Assembly (NCBI GenBank): GCA_030390025.1
Contig: JASTWF010000363.1
Coordinates: forward strand, 372,001-436,000
Reading direction: 5' to 3'
Length of the DNA stretch: 64,000 nt
Origin: Squalus acanthias
Taxonomy: Eukaryota
Made by a program: the position numbers and the translations under genes. The notes beneath the pieces were generated by a model, which had not been told where the DNA came from, did not search any database, and was given only the letters and a program-made list of their open reading frames with translations. Of the stretch, positions 1-13,323 are shown piece after piece (positions within the stretch are counted from its first letter, which is position 1; each line of letters opens with the position of its first letter).

Positions 1-1234
1 TATACTGAATTTCATTTGCCATTTATCTGCTGACTCTGGAAGAAAATATGTACCATAGTCCAATCTGACTGGAATCACCCCATTCATTTCTAGTTTTCAC
101 TTTCATGCAGGCCAAGGTGTAATACAGCCTAACCAGACTTCCCTTTAAATGTTTCCTGCAGACAGTACAGTGCACATCAACATGGGCCTACAACACCAAA
201 AGACACATGTTTCAAAATTAGAATTATGCCCCATATTTTCCTTTATTGAACATGTTTACAGTTTCATTAAAACTAACACAAAGGAGAAAAAAATCATCAG
301 TAGTTTACTCAGTAACTAAACCAATGAGTGATATTACGCTTGGGTTTAATTTACAATTTGGTGGCACAATAGGAGCATGGAATGGTTAGACATTTTCTTC
401 ACACCTTCAAGTGTGAGCCTAAACAGTGAGTGCCATGCAACCGTGACGGGGCATCATAGTTTAAGTGATTGACTTTACAGATTTCCTTGTGGAAAGGTCA
501 CTCAGGACAAATAAATGAATTCAGTGGACTGAAGATGAATCCAATTAGTACATCAACAAACTATGAACTATGAGTTGTACATGTGGCTTTGAATATTTTC
601 CATCTGGTGCAGGGTAAGTAGGTGTATATCTGAATAGACAACATAGCAGTCTATTAACTCACTCTTAGTCCATTTGTTGTCGAGGGATGTGACACTGCTT
701 GCTCAGTGGTGCCTGAACTACAGGGTCACAATTCTGTTGCAATATTGGGCCAGAATGGACAACATGAGAGCCAAGACCCTCAATAGATCTGTTGAACAAC
801 TTCATGACTAAAAAATTAACAGTGAATATAGTCCAGACATATCCAGAATGCCCATCAATTTATCTGAAACAGCAAAAAAAATCCTATTCCCTTGATTCTG
901 CTCAAAGGCCACAGGCAAATCAGCTTACAAGGCTGGAATCTTTCCTTCTCTTGGAAATCAATGTTTCTGTATTTGTTGCCTTGTAGGGTTGTCATAATTC
1001 TTTAAGTGGTATGCTGTTGTCTATACACCTGGCCACATCCTCAGGTGTTGTGGGGAGTTTCTTATGTTATCTTTCCTTTTTCTGGATTGGCATATGGTCC
1101 CAATGGACTGATGTCAAAACTATCTTAAAAGGATGTTGTTCTGTATATGATTTTCCTCAGGTAAATGTGGCCAGCCTGCTCCAGTAATGTGTGGAAGATG
1201 CCATATCATTAGAAAAGTAAAGAAATCAGTTTTG

Positions 1235-2180
1235 ATTCCATTACTCTTTTCAATTTTTATAAACGACCTAGACTCGGGTGTAGGGAGCAGCATTATAAAG
1301 TTTGCAAATGATACGAAACTTGGCAAAGTAGTAGAAAGTGATGAGGACAGTTGTAGACTTCGAGATGACATAGACAGGATGGTTAAATGGGCAGAAGCAT
1401 AGCAGATGGAGTTCAATGCGGAGAAGTGTGAAGTGATACACTTTGGGAAGACTAATATGGAAAGACAGTTTACTATAAATGGCACAATTTTGAAAAGTGT
1501 AAATGAGCAGAGAGACCTTGGTGTCCAAATACACAAATCCTTAAAGGTGGCAGGGCACGTTGATAAGGTGGTTAACAAAGCATATGGGTTACTTGGATTT
1601 ATAAATAGAGGCGTAGAATATAAAAGGAAAGAAATCATGCTAGAACTTTATAAATCATTGATTAGGCCTCAGATGGAGACTTGTGGACTTCAGGAAAGAT
1701 GTAAAGGCCTTAGAAAGGGTACAGAGGCGGTTTACCAGGATGTTACCAGGTATGAGGAACTTCAGTAATGAGGAAAGATTGGAAAAGTTAGGATTGTTCT
1801 CCTTGGAACAGAGAAGGCTAAGAGGTGACCTAATAGAGGTTTTCAAGATCATGAGAGGTTTAGATAGCGAAAAACTATTCCCTCTGGTGAGTGGGTCAAT
1901 AACTATAGCGGTCATAGATTTAAAATCATTGGTAAAAGATCTAGAGGAGAAATGAAGAGAAATTTTTTCATTCGGAAAGTTGGTGGGGTCTGGAAATCTC
2001 TACCTGAAAAGGTCGTGGAAGCTGAGTACATAAATAATTTAAAATGAGTTGGACGGGTACGTGAGGATGAAGAACTTGCAGGGTTACGAACAAAAGCAGG
2101 GGTTTGGGACTAAGCACGACTGCTCTTTCAAAAGCCAGCACAGGGACGATGCGCCAAATGGTCTCCTTCTGTGCTGTAAG
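1235..2180 (+). mobile_element. CR1 LINE 3' fragment (degenerate RT C-terminus and 3'UTR); its tail resumes at about 4295-4320
   Basis: ORF pieces LFSIFINDLD..KFANDTKLG, MEFNAEKCEVIHFG, LERVQRRFTRM..RRLRGDLIEVFKI with stops and frameshifts; 3'UTR ...ccttctgtgctgtaag. Confidence 0.9.
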
Positions 2181-4294
2181 AACATAACATAAGAAATAGG
2201 AGCAGGAGTAGACCAATCGGCCCCTCGAGCCTGCTCCGCCATGCAATGAGATCATGGCTGATCTGATCCAACCTCAACTCTAAAGAACACAAGTAGGAGC
2301 AGGACCAGGCCACTCGGCCCCTGGGCCCGCTCCGCCACCCACAGGGCCTTGACCGATCCGAACTCAAACTCATGTCCAATTTCCAGCCCGCTCCCCGTAA
2401 CCCCGGATTCCCTTTACTTCTAGGAAACGGTCTATTTCTGTTTTAAATTTATTTAATGAAGTAGCTTCCACAGCTTCCTGGGGTAGCAAATTCCACAGAC
2501 CCACTACCCTCTGAGTGAAAAAGTTTCTCCTCATCTCAGTTTTGAAAGAGCAGCCCCTTATTCTAAGATTATGTCCCCTAGTTCTAGTTTCACCCATCAT
2601 TGGGAACATCCTCACCGCGTCCACCTGATCAAGCCCCTTCACAATTTTATATGTTTCAATAAGATCGCCTCTCATTCTTCTGAACTCCAATGAGTAGAGT
2701 CCCAATCTACTCAACCTCTCCTCGTATGTCCACCACCTCATCCCTGGAATTAACCGAGTGAACCTTCTTTGTACTGCCTCGAGAGCAAGTATGTCTTTTC
2801 TTAAGTATGGACACCAAAACTGTATGCAGTACTCCAGGTGCGGTCTCACCAATACCCTATACAACTGCAGCAATACCTCCCTGTTTTTATATTCTATCCC
2901 CCTAGCAATAAAAGCCAACATTCCACTGGCTTTCTTGATCACCTGCATACTAACTTTTTGATTTTCTTGCACCAAGACCCCCAGATCCCTTTGTACTGCA
3001 GTACTTTCCAGTTTATCGCCATTAAGATAATAACTTGCTCTCTGATTTTTCCTGACAAAGTGCATAACCTCACATTTTCCAATATTGTATTGCATCTGCC
3101 AAATCTCTGCCCACTCACCCAGCCTGTCTATATCCTCTTGTAGGTTTTTTATGTCCTCCTCACTCTCTACTTTCCCTCCCATCTTTGTATCATCTGCAAA
3201 CTTTGATATGTTACACTCGGTCCCCTCCTCCAAATCATTAATATAGATTGTAAAGAGTTGGGGACCCAGCACCGACCCCTGCGGAACACCACTGGCTACT
3301 GGTTGCCAGTCCGAGAATGAACCATTTATCCCAACTCTCTGCTTCCTGTTAGATAACCAATCCTCCACCCATGCCAGAATATTACCCCCAATCCAGTGAT
3401 TTTTTATCTTGAGTAATAATCTTTTATGTGGCACCTTGTCGAATGCCTTCTGGAAGTCTAAATACACTACATCCACTGGTTCCCCTTTATCCACCCTGTA
3501 CGTTATGTCCTCAAAGAACTCGAGCAAATTTGTCAGACATGACTTCCTCTTCATAAAGCCATGCTGACTTTGTCCTATTAAATTATGTTTATCTAAATGT
3601 TCCGTTACTGTCTCCTTAATAATAGACTCCAAAATTTTACCCACCACAGATGTTAGGCTAACTGGTCTATAATTTCCAGCCTTCTGCCTACAACTCTTTT
3701 TAAATAAGGGTGTTACATTAGCAGTTTTCCAATCTGCCGGGACCTTTGCTGAGTTCAGGGAGTTTTGGAAAATTATTACCAAAGCATCCACAATTCCTAC
3801 TGCCACTTCCCTCAAGACCCTAGGATGTAAGCCATCAGGTCCAGGGGATTTATCCGCCTTGAGTCCCATTATTTTACTGAGTACCAATTCCTTAGTGATT
3901 TTAATCGTATTTAGCTCCTCCCCCACTAGAGCCCCCTGTTTGTCCAGTGTTGGGATATTCTTAGTGTCCTCTACTGTAAAGACTGAAACAAAATATTTGT
4001 TCAGCATTTTTGCCATCTCCATGTTTCCCACCATTAATTTCCCGGTCTCATCCTCTAAGGGACCTACGTTTGCCTTAACCACCCTTTTTCTTTTTATATA
4101 ACTATAAAAACTCTTGCTATCTGTTTTTATATTTTTTGCTAATTTATTTTCATAGTCTATTTTCCCTTTCTTAATCAATCCTTTAGTTACTTTTTGTTGT
4201 CTTTTGAAGACTTCCCAATCTTCTATCCTCCCACTAACTTTGGCTACCTTATATGTCCTTGTTTTTAGTTGGATACTTTCTTTAATTTCTTTAC
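2181..4294 (-). mobile_element. Young 5'-truncated CR1 LINE with uninterrupted 602-aa ORF2 fragment (2370-4178, complete RT domain)
   Basis: KSPGPDG, NYRPVSLTS, YLDFQKAFDKV, GVPQGSVLGP, KFADDTK, LEAVQRRFTR; 3'UTR ends in cttatgtt-type short repeats. Confidence 0.95.
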
Positions 4295-4769
4295 TAAGTT
4301 TCTATGATTCAATGATTCTAAGTCCCTTTGAGATAAGACATCAGTTGTAATCCATTTGGGTTTGAAGCTGTCAAGAGTTACATTTGTGCTCTTTTGTAAA
4401 TAGAAATAAAAGCTGAGAACTATTAGGTCCATGAAGCTGTCTATCAATCACAGATAATGCAATTCACCAGCCATTCTTTATAGAGACAAAGGAAATGGAT
4501 GAGTCTTTATGTGTTGAAATGTTTCTAAACAAACAGAACCAATGTATAATTTTTTGAAAATTAGAATTATCTTACCCCCATCTCTACTCCAACCAAAGCT
4601 AATAATTTTATTTTTATTGGTTGATATTTTGAACTTTTTGCAATCTAAGCGATTAACTAGTGGAAAAATGTTGAAAGCTCAATGGATTGAGTTTTGTGGG
4701 CTTTTTAAGTGAATGCTGTCTGCTTCATTAGCTTTTATTCGTGGTTGGCATCATCTCTGTAGGTGTACC

Positions 4770-5062
4770 CATGACCTCTACCACCTAGAAGGACAAGGCA
4801 GCAGGCACATGGGAACACCACCACCTCCAAGTTCCCCTCTAAGTCACACACCATCCTGATTTGGAAATATATCACCGATCCTTCATCGTTGCTGGGTCAA
4901 AAATCCTGGAACTCCCTCCCTAACAGCACTGTGAGAGTATCTTCACCACACGGACTGCAGCGGTTCAAGAAGGCGGCTCACCACCACCTTCTCAAGGGCA
5001 ATTAGGGATGGGCAATGCTGGCCTTGCCAGCGACGCCCACATCCCATGAATGAATTTTTAAA
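4770..5062 (+). mobile_element. 3' end of APE-RT LINE family B (same family as 6959-9350)
   Basis: Matches 45360-45650; ends gcccacatcccatgaatgaat. Confidence 0.85.
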
Positions 5063-6004
5063 AACTTATGAGCCAAATCACACAATTTTGGCAAACCATT
5101 CAGTATGGCTGTGTGTTCGGCCTATTATAAGGAAACGTGTCCAGAATTCCCACCCTTGAAGATTGACGTCAAGTGACATTTCAAAAGTTTAAATCTAATT
5201 TATTTGTGAGATAAATACTAGACAGCCATTAAAAAAAATGCCCCTAAACATTGGTTTCAATGTATTGTATGTATTTTAGAAAGAGAGAAAACATACTGCT
5301 TCAATATACCAAACTCAAATTTCAACAAATGTTTTACTAACTTGAACCTCGATCATCTTACAATATTTCCTTCAACACTGTTGGAATTTCTAAGTGACCT
5401 AATTTTGAAATCTTTAATTATGCTTGACTTGCATGTGATGTCAAGATGTTGCTATTGGAAACTGGCTGATATGGCATTATAGTGATGCATAATGGACCGA
5501 CATAGGGCTCTTTTATACCGAGTTTGTGCTTCACATTGGTGATTGAAGCAATTTCAATCACTATAACCACAAATTTTGATGTTGGGTGCTAAAATACATG
5601 TTTTACGGAGAAACTACCAGCAGTGAAATCCATGGTTTCCTACTGAAAATACAATGTAGCTGCTAATCTAAGAACAAACATAGTGCTTTTTCAAATCAAA
5701 TCACTCGTTGCGAGAACACTGCAAAACACTACAATGATCACCAAAATCCATTGATCCCACTATCGCAAAAATGAAGCTGATAACTTTTACTCCTTTTACT
5801 AGTTTATCAAATCTGCATAATCACTCTTATTATAACAGAGCACTTGAGAACAATCCCTTTGTAATCAAAAGTCCATTGATGTGAATGGTGCAGTTGTTTC
5901 CTGGTGTTTAATTTGTAATCAAGATAACTTGTGTTTAAATAGCCTATTGATTGAAGTTTAATTTTCACAGCCTGTGTGCAATTTCTTAATAGTTTTAAAT
6001 GAGT

Positions 6005-6783
6005 TGGCCCGGAATTTGTGGCCCTGATGACGGCGAACTGGCAGCGTTCGCCGCCATTTTGCCTTTGAAACTGACTGCAACTTGAGGATTTAGTGCATGT
6101 GCAGCCTAACGCGGAAATCCTGAAGATGCTGTCTGTCATTCACAGCTACGCCATAGGCTGCGCTGTGCATCCCACCCCCACCACAGAGCTGGCAATCAGT
6201 GTAATCTGTCAAATTATAGAAACTGATGAAAACTTCGGCTCTTCCGTAGTAATTACGCTGTTAAAAACCCCATTAAATGTTAGACCCTTTTGGATTAGGT
6301 GTAACTGGGTTTTAATAGCGTATTGACTGCTAAGCAATGTTTATGGCCCTGAAAAACTCATTTTAATTTTGTGGAGTGTCAAATTTATCTATTTTAATAA
6401 AAATTTAAATTTTTAAGAAACTTTTCTTAAAAATTTAATTTTTTTAAAAAGTTTGTTCATCTTTATTTCAGGTTTGCCTTTTCCCCATGTGAGCTCCAAT
6501 CTTTGTTTTGGTCTCTAACATTTTTAGAAAGTTAGAATCAAAGGAGCTTACCCATTTCCTGGTTCTCTGAGAATTCTGCATTTTGATTGGCTGCTTAGAC
6601 AGCTTGTTGACGTCACAGCAGCTCTTCCCTGGGAATCCCCATTAACTTACGTTGGTTTCAATTACACGTCAGAAAACTTGAAATTCTCACCACAGATATA
6701 GCAAGATCTTTGTGCGTAGCTTACTTCAGGGCCAGGGGCGAATGAGCACCTTTGCTTCGCCGCTGACCGCAAATTATGAGCCA
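6005..6783. mobile_element. Non-autonomous DNA element with imperfect GGCC..AATT terminal inverted repeats
   Basis: Left tggcccggaatttgtggcc versus reverse complement of right end tggctcataatttgcggtc; subterminal hairpin cggcgaac/gttcgccg. Confidence 0.6.
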
Positions 6784-6958
6784 ATAAATTTAACAGGATT
6801 ATGGCAAAGGAAAATCTCTGGACTAGGTTTTTTTTCTGACCATCAGTTAATCAAGGTTTCATTTAATAACATTTTAGATTAGCAACATTACAAAGAGCAA
6901 AGAGGGTGGTTAATGTATCCACACAATTTGGTTAACGCTAAATACAGCTTGAATCAGT

Positions 6959-9350
6959 ACTCCTGCATGTTGAACATCACTTGGAAGAAGCACTGAGGGT
7001 AGCAAGGGCACGGAATGTACTCTGGGTGGGGGCACTTCAATGTCCATCACCAAGAGTGGTTCGTTAGCACGCCTACTGACTGAGCTGGCCAAGTCCTGAA
7101 GGACATAGCTGCCAGACTGCGGCAGGTGGTGAGAGAACCAACACGAGGGAAAAACCTACTTGACCTAGTCCTCACTAATCTACCGGTCGCAGATGCATCT
7201 GTCCATGACAGCATTGGTAGCAGTGACCACCGCACAGTCCTTGTGGAGAAGAAAACCCGTCTTCACACTGAGGATGCCCTCCATCGTGTTGTGTGGCACT
7301 ACCACCGTGCTAAATGGGATAGATTCAGAACAGATCTAGCAGCTCAAAACTGGGCCTCCATGAGGCGCTGTGGGCCATCAGCAGCAGCAGAATTGTATTC
7401 CACCACAATCTGTAACCTCATGGCCCAGCATATCCCTCACTCTACCATTACCATCAAGCCAGGCGACCAACCCTGGTTCAATGAGGAGTGCAGAAGAGCA
7501 TGCCAGGAGCAGTACCAGGTGTACCTAAAAATTAGGTGCCAACCTGTGGAAGCTGCAACACAGGACTACATGCATGCTAAACAACGAAAGCAGCATGTTA
7601 TAGACAGACCTAAGCGATCCCACAATCAACGGATCAGATCAAAGCTCTGTAGTCCTGCCACATCCAATCGTGAATGGTGGTGGACAATTAAACAACTAAC
7701 GGGAGAAGGAGGCTCCATGAATATCCCCATCCTCAATGACGGCAGAGCCCAGCACGTGAGTGCAAAAGTCAAGGCTGAAGCGTTTGTAACCATCTTCAGC
7801 CAGAAGTGCCGAGTGGATGATCCATCTCGGCCTCCTCCTGGGGTCCCTACCATCACAGAAGCCAGTCTTCAGCCAATTCGAATCATTCCACATGATATCA
7901 AGAAACGGCTGAGCACACTGGATACAGCAAAGGCTTATGGGCCCCGACAACATCCTGGCTGCCGTGCTGAAGACTTGTGCTCCAGAACTAGCCACGCCTC
8001 TAGCCAAGCTGTTTCAGTACAGCTACAACACTGGCATCTACCGGACAATGTGGAAAACTGCCCACGTATGTCCTGTCCACAAAAAGCAGGACCAATCCAA
8101 TCTGGCCAATTACCGCCCCATCAGTCTACTCTCAATCATCAGCAAAGTGATGGAAGGTGTCGTCGACAGTGCTATCAAGCGGCACTTACTCACCAATAAC
8201 CTGCTCACTGATGCTCAATTTGGGTTCCGCCAGGACCACTCGGCTCCAGACCTCATTACAGCCTTGGTCCAAACATGGACAGAAGAGCTGAATTCCAGAG
8301 GGAAGGTGAGAGTGACTGCCCTTGACATCAAGGCAGCATTTGACCGAGTGTGGCATCAAGGAGCCCTAGTAAAATTGAAGTCAATGGGAATCAGGGAGAA
8401 AACTCTCCACTGACTGGAGTCATACCTAGCACAAAGGAAGATGGTTGTGGTTGTTGGAGGTCAATCATCTCAGCCCCAGGACATCGCTGCAGGAGTTCCT
8501 CAGGGCAGTGTCATAGGCCCAACCATCTTCAGCTGCTTCATCAATGGCCTTCCCACCATCGCAAGGTCAGAAGTGGGGATGTTCGCTGATGATTGCACAG
8601 TGTTCAGTTTCATTTGCAACTCCCCAGATAATAAAGCAGTCCATGCCCGTCTGCAGCAAGACCTGAACAACATTAAGCTTGGGCTGATAAGTGGCAAGTA
8701 ACATTCGCACCACACAAGTGCCAGGCAATGACTATCTCCAACAAGAGAGAGTCTCACCATCGCCCCTTGACATTCAACGGCATTACCATCGCCAAATCCC
8801 CCACCATCAACATCCTGGGGGACACCATTGACCAGAAACTTAACTGGACCAGCCTCATAAATACTGTAGCTGCAAGAGCAGGTCAGAGGCTAGGTATTCT
8901 GTGGCAAGTGTCTCACCTCCTGACTCCCCAAAGCCTTTCCACCATCTACAAGGCACAAGTAAGGAGTGTGATGGAATACCCTCCACTTGCCTGGATGAGT
9001 GCAGTTCCAACAACACTCAAGAAGCTCGACACCATCCAGGACAAAGCAGCCCACTTGATCGGCACCCCATCCACAACCTTAAACATTCACTGTGGCTGCA
9101 GTGTGTACCATCTACAAGATGCACTGCAGTAACTTGCCAAGGCTTCTTCGACAGCACCTACCAAACCTGCGACCTCTACCGCCTAGAAGGACGAGGGAAG
9201 CAGGCGCATGGGAACACCTTCACCTGCAAGATGCCCTCCAAGTTACACACCAGCCTGACTTGGAAATATATCTAGGGCAATTAGGGATGGGCAATAAATG
9301 TTGGCCTTGCCAGCGATGCCCACATCCCAGGAACGAATAATAAAAAAAAA
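6959..9350 (+). mobile_element. LINE family B (CR1/L2 group, clade not assigned): long, slightly degenerate ORF2 with APE and RT
   Basis: LDLVLTN and SSDH (APE); NYRPISLLS, QFGFR, LDIKAAFDRV, GVPQGSVIGP, MFADD (RT); A-rich tail at about 9337-9350. Confidence 0.9.
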
Positions 9351-9790
9351 ATTCCACTTATCAAAACTATATACAAGTCTCCGTGAGATGTCCTGGCGAC
9401 ACTGAAAGTTGGTGCCTGTGCTATAGAAGATTAATGCTCGAGGCTGAACCTACAATTCCTCAAAACTGCAAGACCCTATTTTCAGATAGGTTTCTGGAGG
9501 AAGGTATTAAGAGGATGGTTCCTTGGGGCAGGGTGAGGGGAGGAAGAAATGTGAGATTATGTCAACCTGTGGTGCTGACAAGCACTATTCAATTGTCAAT
9601 TAGGAATGGCAGAGACCTGGGAGCAGGTAATCTCATTCCTTTTCTGAATATAGTGCTTTTTCAGGGGGCCAAAATTAAAAATTCTGTGGATAGTCTAGAA
9701 GTAATGCTGATCTGAGATATCAGCAGCGGAGCCAAGACGATCCCTGTTCAGATTGTAACATCAGTAGTTTCTCAACACCAGTGAGGTTAA

Positions 9791-10255
9791 GTGTCAGCTG
9801 TGGCTCAGTTGGTAGCACACTCGCCTCTGAGTCAGAAGGTTGTGGGTTCAAGTCCCATTCCAGGGACTTGAGCACATAAAGCTAGGCTGACAATCCAATG
9901 CAGTGCTAAGGGAGTGCCGCACTGTCGGAGGTGCCGTCTTTCGGAAGAGACGTTAAACCGAGGCCCCATCTGCTCTCATGGTGGACGTAAAAGATCCCAT
10001 GGCACTATTTTGAAGAAGAGCAGGGGAGTTATCCCCGGTGTCCTGGCCAATATTTATCAATCAACATTACTAAAACAGATTATCTGGTCATTATCACATC
10101 GCTGTTTGTGGGAGTTTGCTGTGTGTAAATTAGCTGCCGCGTTTCCCACATTACAACAGTGACTACACTTCAAAAGTACTCCATTGGCTGTAAAGTGCTT
10201 TGAAACATCCGGTGGTCGTGAAAAGCGCTATATAAATGCAAGTCTTTCTTTTTTC
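9791..10255 (+). mobile_element. tRNA-headed DeuSINE (SacSINE1-like), full length
   Basis: A box tggctcagttgg (9801-9812), B box ggttcaagtcc (9845-9855), Deu-domain-like core gtgccgtctttcgg..aaagatcccatggcactatttt..ggtgtcctggccaatatttatc, L2-like tail gcgctatataaatgcaagt. Confidence 0.8.
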
Positions 10256-10589
10256 TTAAGGTTACTGAAGTCATTCACGGGTATTGATACTGAAATTTCC
10301 TTGATTTGCATACAGATTCCTTTTACTGAAATAAAGATACATCATTTTGTAACCAGATCTATTAATTGAACTATTAGTCGAAAGGTTTCATGCACTCCTA
10401 ATTACATTAACTGGGGCCAATGCTGTAAGCTTTTAAAATTTAAATAATGCACTTTTTAGGGTGAGACTCCTACTTTAATGCATTAGTTTTTCCTTGCCCT
10501 CAGCCTCTACACTGAATAACATCTTCTTTCGTTTCCACTAATAGCTCTCTGAAATTAGTAATTGATTGTTGAGTGAACGTACTATAGAA

Positions 10590-12460
10590 CTTAAAAACAG
10601 GAACAGGAGTAGGCCATTTAGCCCCTCGAGCCTGTTCTGCCATTCAGTTAGATCATGGCCATCTGTAGCTTAACTCCATCTACCTGCCTTGGTTCCGTAA
10701 CCCTGAATACCATTGCCCAACAAAAATCTATCAATCTCAGTTTTGAAATTTGGAATTCAAGGGAGAGTTCAAAGATTTCCACTACGCTTAAGTGAAGAAT
10801 TGCTTTCTGACCTCCCCCCTGAGCAGCTTAGCTCTAATTATAAGGTTATACCCTCTTGTTCTGGACTCCCCCACCAGAGGAAATGGTTTCTCTCTATCTA
10901 CCCTATCAAATCCTTTAATCATCTTAAACACCTCAATTAGATCATCCCTTAATCTTCTATATTCAAGGGAATACAAGCCTAGTCTATGGAATCTGGACTC
11001 ATAATTTAACCATTTTAGCCCCAGTATCATTCTGGTGAATCTGCACTGCACCCCCTCCAAGACCACCTGAGGTGCGGTGCCCAGAACTGTATGCAGAACT
11101 CCAGATGGGGTCTAACCAGAGCTCTGTACAGCTGTAACATAACTTCCACCCCTTTGTATTCCAGCTCTTGAGATAAAGGCCAACATTTCATTAGCCTTTA
11201 ATAACTTTTTACCTGTCCACTAGCTTTTAGTGATGTCTGTACTTGACCCCTAAATCTCTCTGCTCATCAACAGTTTCTAGCTTCTTGCCATTTAGAAAAT
11301 ACTCTGATCTATCTTTCTTAGATCCACATTGAACTCCATCTGCCACAGTTTTTCCCCACTCACTTTATCACTGTCCCATTGCAACTTTCTGCTCCAATCT
11401 GCACTATTTACTGCACCACCTAACTTAGTGTCATCAGCAAACCTCATTGAAGTCATTTATATAGTGAAAAGCTGTGGCCCCAGTACAGATCCCTGGGGGA
11501 CACCACTAGTCACATACTGCCAATTGAGTACATACCCATTATCCCTACTCTCTGTCTCCGACCTCCTAACCAATTCTCTATCCAAGCCAATAGGTTGCCT
11601 CCAATTCCATGCACTCTCATTTTTGTTAACAGTCTCTTCAGTGGAACCTTGTTGAATGCCTTCTGGAATTCCATATAAATAACATCCATAGACACTCCCT
11701 TATCTACCTCGTTGGTTACCTCCTCAGAAAATTCAACTAGGTTTGTTCGGTATGATTTACCCTTTACAAATCCATGCTGGCTCTCTCTGATCAGCTCATA
11801 TTTGTCCAAGTGCTCAGTCACTCTGTCCCTAATAACAGATTTCAGTAATTTCCCCACAACTGATGTTAGACTAATAATCCTATAATGTCCTAGTTTATCT
11901 CACTTTCCTTTTTAAATAGTGGAGTTACATTGGCAGTTTTCCAATCCAAGGGGACAATTCCTGAATTGAGAGTTTTGGAAGATCATGACAAATGCATCAA
12001 CAATTTCCTCAGCTACTTCTTTTAATACCCGGGGGTGGAAACCATCAGGTCTTGGAGATTTGTCTATCTATTTAACATTAGTTTCTCCATCACCATGTTT
12101 TTACTTATATTGAATCTCGTTAGTTCCTCCCCTTGATTTATTTTTAGTTATCCTTGTATCTCTGGTATATTATTCACATCCTCTACTGTGAAGACCGATA
12201 CAAAGTAGCTATTTAGTAATCCTGCCATTTCCTGATTTCCAGTTACAATGTCACCTGCGTCTGTCATTAAGGGGCCCACATTACTCTTAGCCACCCACTT
12301 AATATATTTGCAAAAACCTTTAGTGTTGTCCTTGATATCCCTCGCAAGCTTTTTCTTGTATTCCCTTTCTGTGGCTCTCACCACTTTGTTTGTATCCCTT
12401 TGCTCTTTATATCTCTCCCAGTCCACGGAATCTCTACTGGTCTTTGCCTTCATATAAGTT
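10590..12460 (-). mobile_element. Degenerate CR1 LINE (RT region to 3'UTR)
   Basis: ORF pieces SQHGFVKGKS..LVEF, FQKAFNKV, LGLYSLEYRRLRDDLIEVFK. Confidence 0.9.
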
Positions 12461-13323
12461 TTATACTATCTCTCACAACTATCTCCCTGCTGAGAAGTGT
12501 GTGGCCTTGGCTTGCTGTTTCTCACAGCCCAGCTGAGATTACAAATGCAGTATCAGCACATTAACATTCCACCACGATGCCACCGCTAAACATAGAGGAT
12601 TAAGGAAAAGCGACCATGCAGGGATGGCAATCTAGCTCTGTGCCGCAGAGCACTGATGGACAAAGATCTGGTCCTGTTCTGCTCACTTCAAGGTTCCTCT
12701 TTCATTGAACAGCCAAGTACTAAATGGAGGCTCTGGTGCCTTCTAGTGTTGGGGAAGGGATAGAATTGGAGGGAAGAGTCATGGCTGAGGGATCTTTGAG
12801 GCTTCTTGCAGCTGATTATAGGCAACATTGTGGAGGTTGGGAGCAGGCTGTCCACTGAGCTGCTTATGTCAGGCTGGGTAGGCAATGAATAGGGGATGAA
12901 AAGACAAAACATAGTGGCAAATTACCTGAATCCCCCCACCCCCCAACCAATTAAAAACTCTGTGCACAGGTCAAAGTGGCTCAGTATTTACTATATCACA
13001 AGGTATGGGATGGAGCTCAGGATTTCATGCGTGGTGAGTTTTAATGTTAGCGTAACATCAAAAGGAGATGACAGGCATCCGCTAAGCATCTGCTTAAGTG
13101 AGTGATGGAAAGAAAGAGAAAAATCAGCACTAGTTGCCTGATTAATTCTGTGATCACAATGAGGCTTGCATAATATTACTATGGTCTCTCGCATTGTGGG
13201 TACAATTTAAACACCCCTTCACCGTCCACCATAATGGAAAGATTTACATTAATGTACTCAGCCAGTAAAGCCAACAGGTTCACTGTTACAAATTTGGGTC
13301 TGAAATCGATACGTTCTCAGGAT

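Noticed and set aside
6020..6075. CTGATGA followed by a hairpin and a later GAAA, resembling a hammerhead
   Set aside because: GAAA is 13 nt from the stem, and the homologous position at 40690 lacks CTGA; it is the element's subterminal hairpin.
9791..9865. tRNA gene
   Set aside because: A and B boxes run straight into a SINE body, so it is a SINE head.
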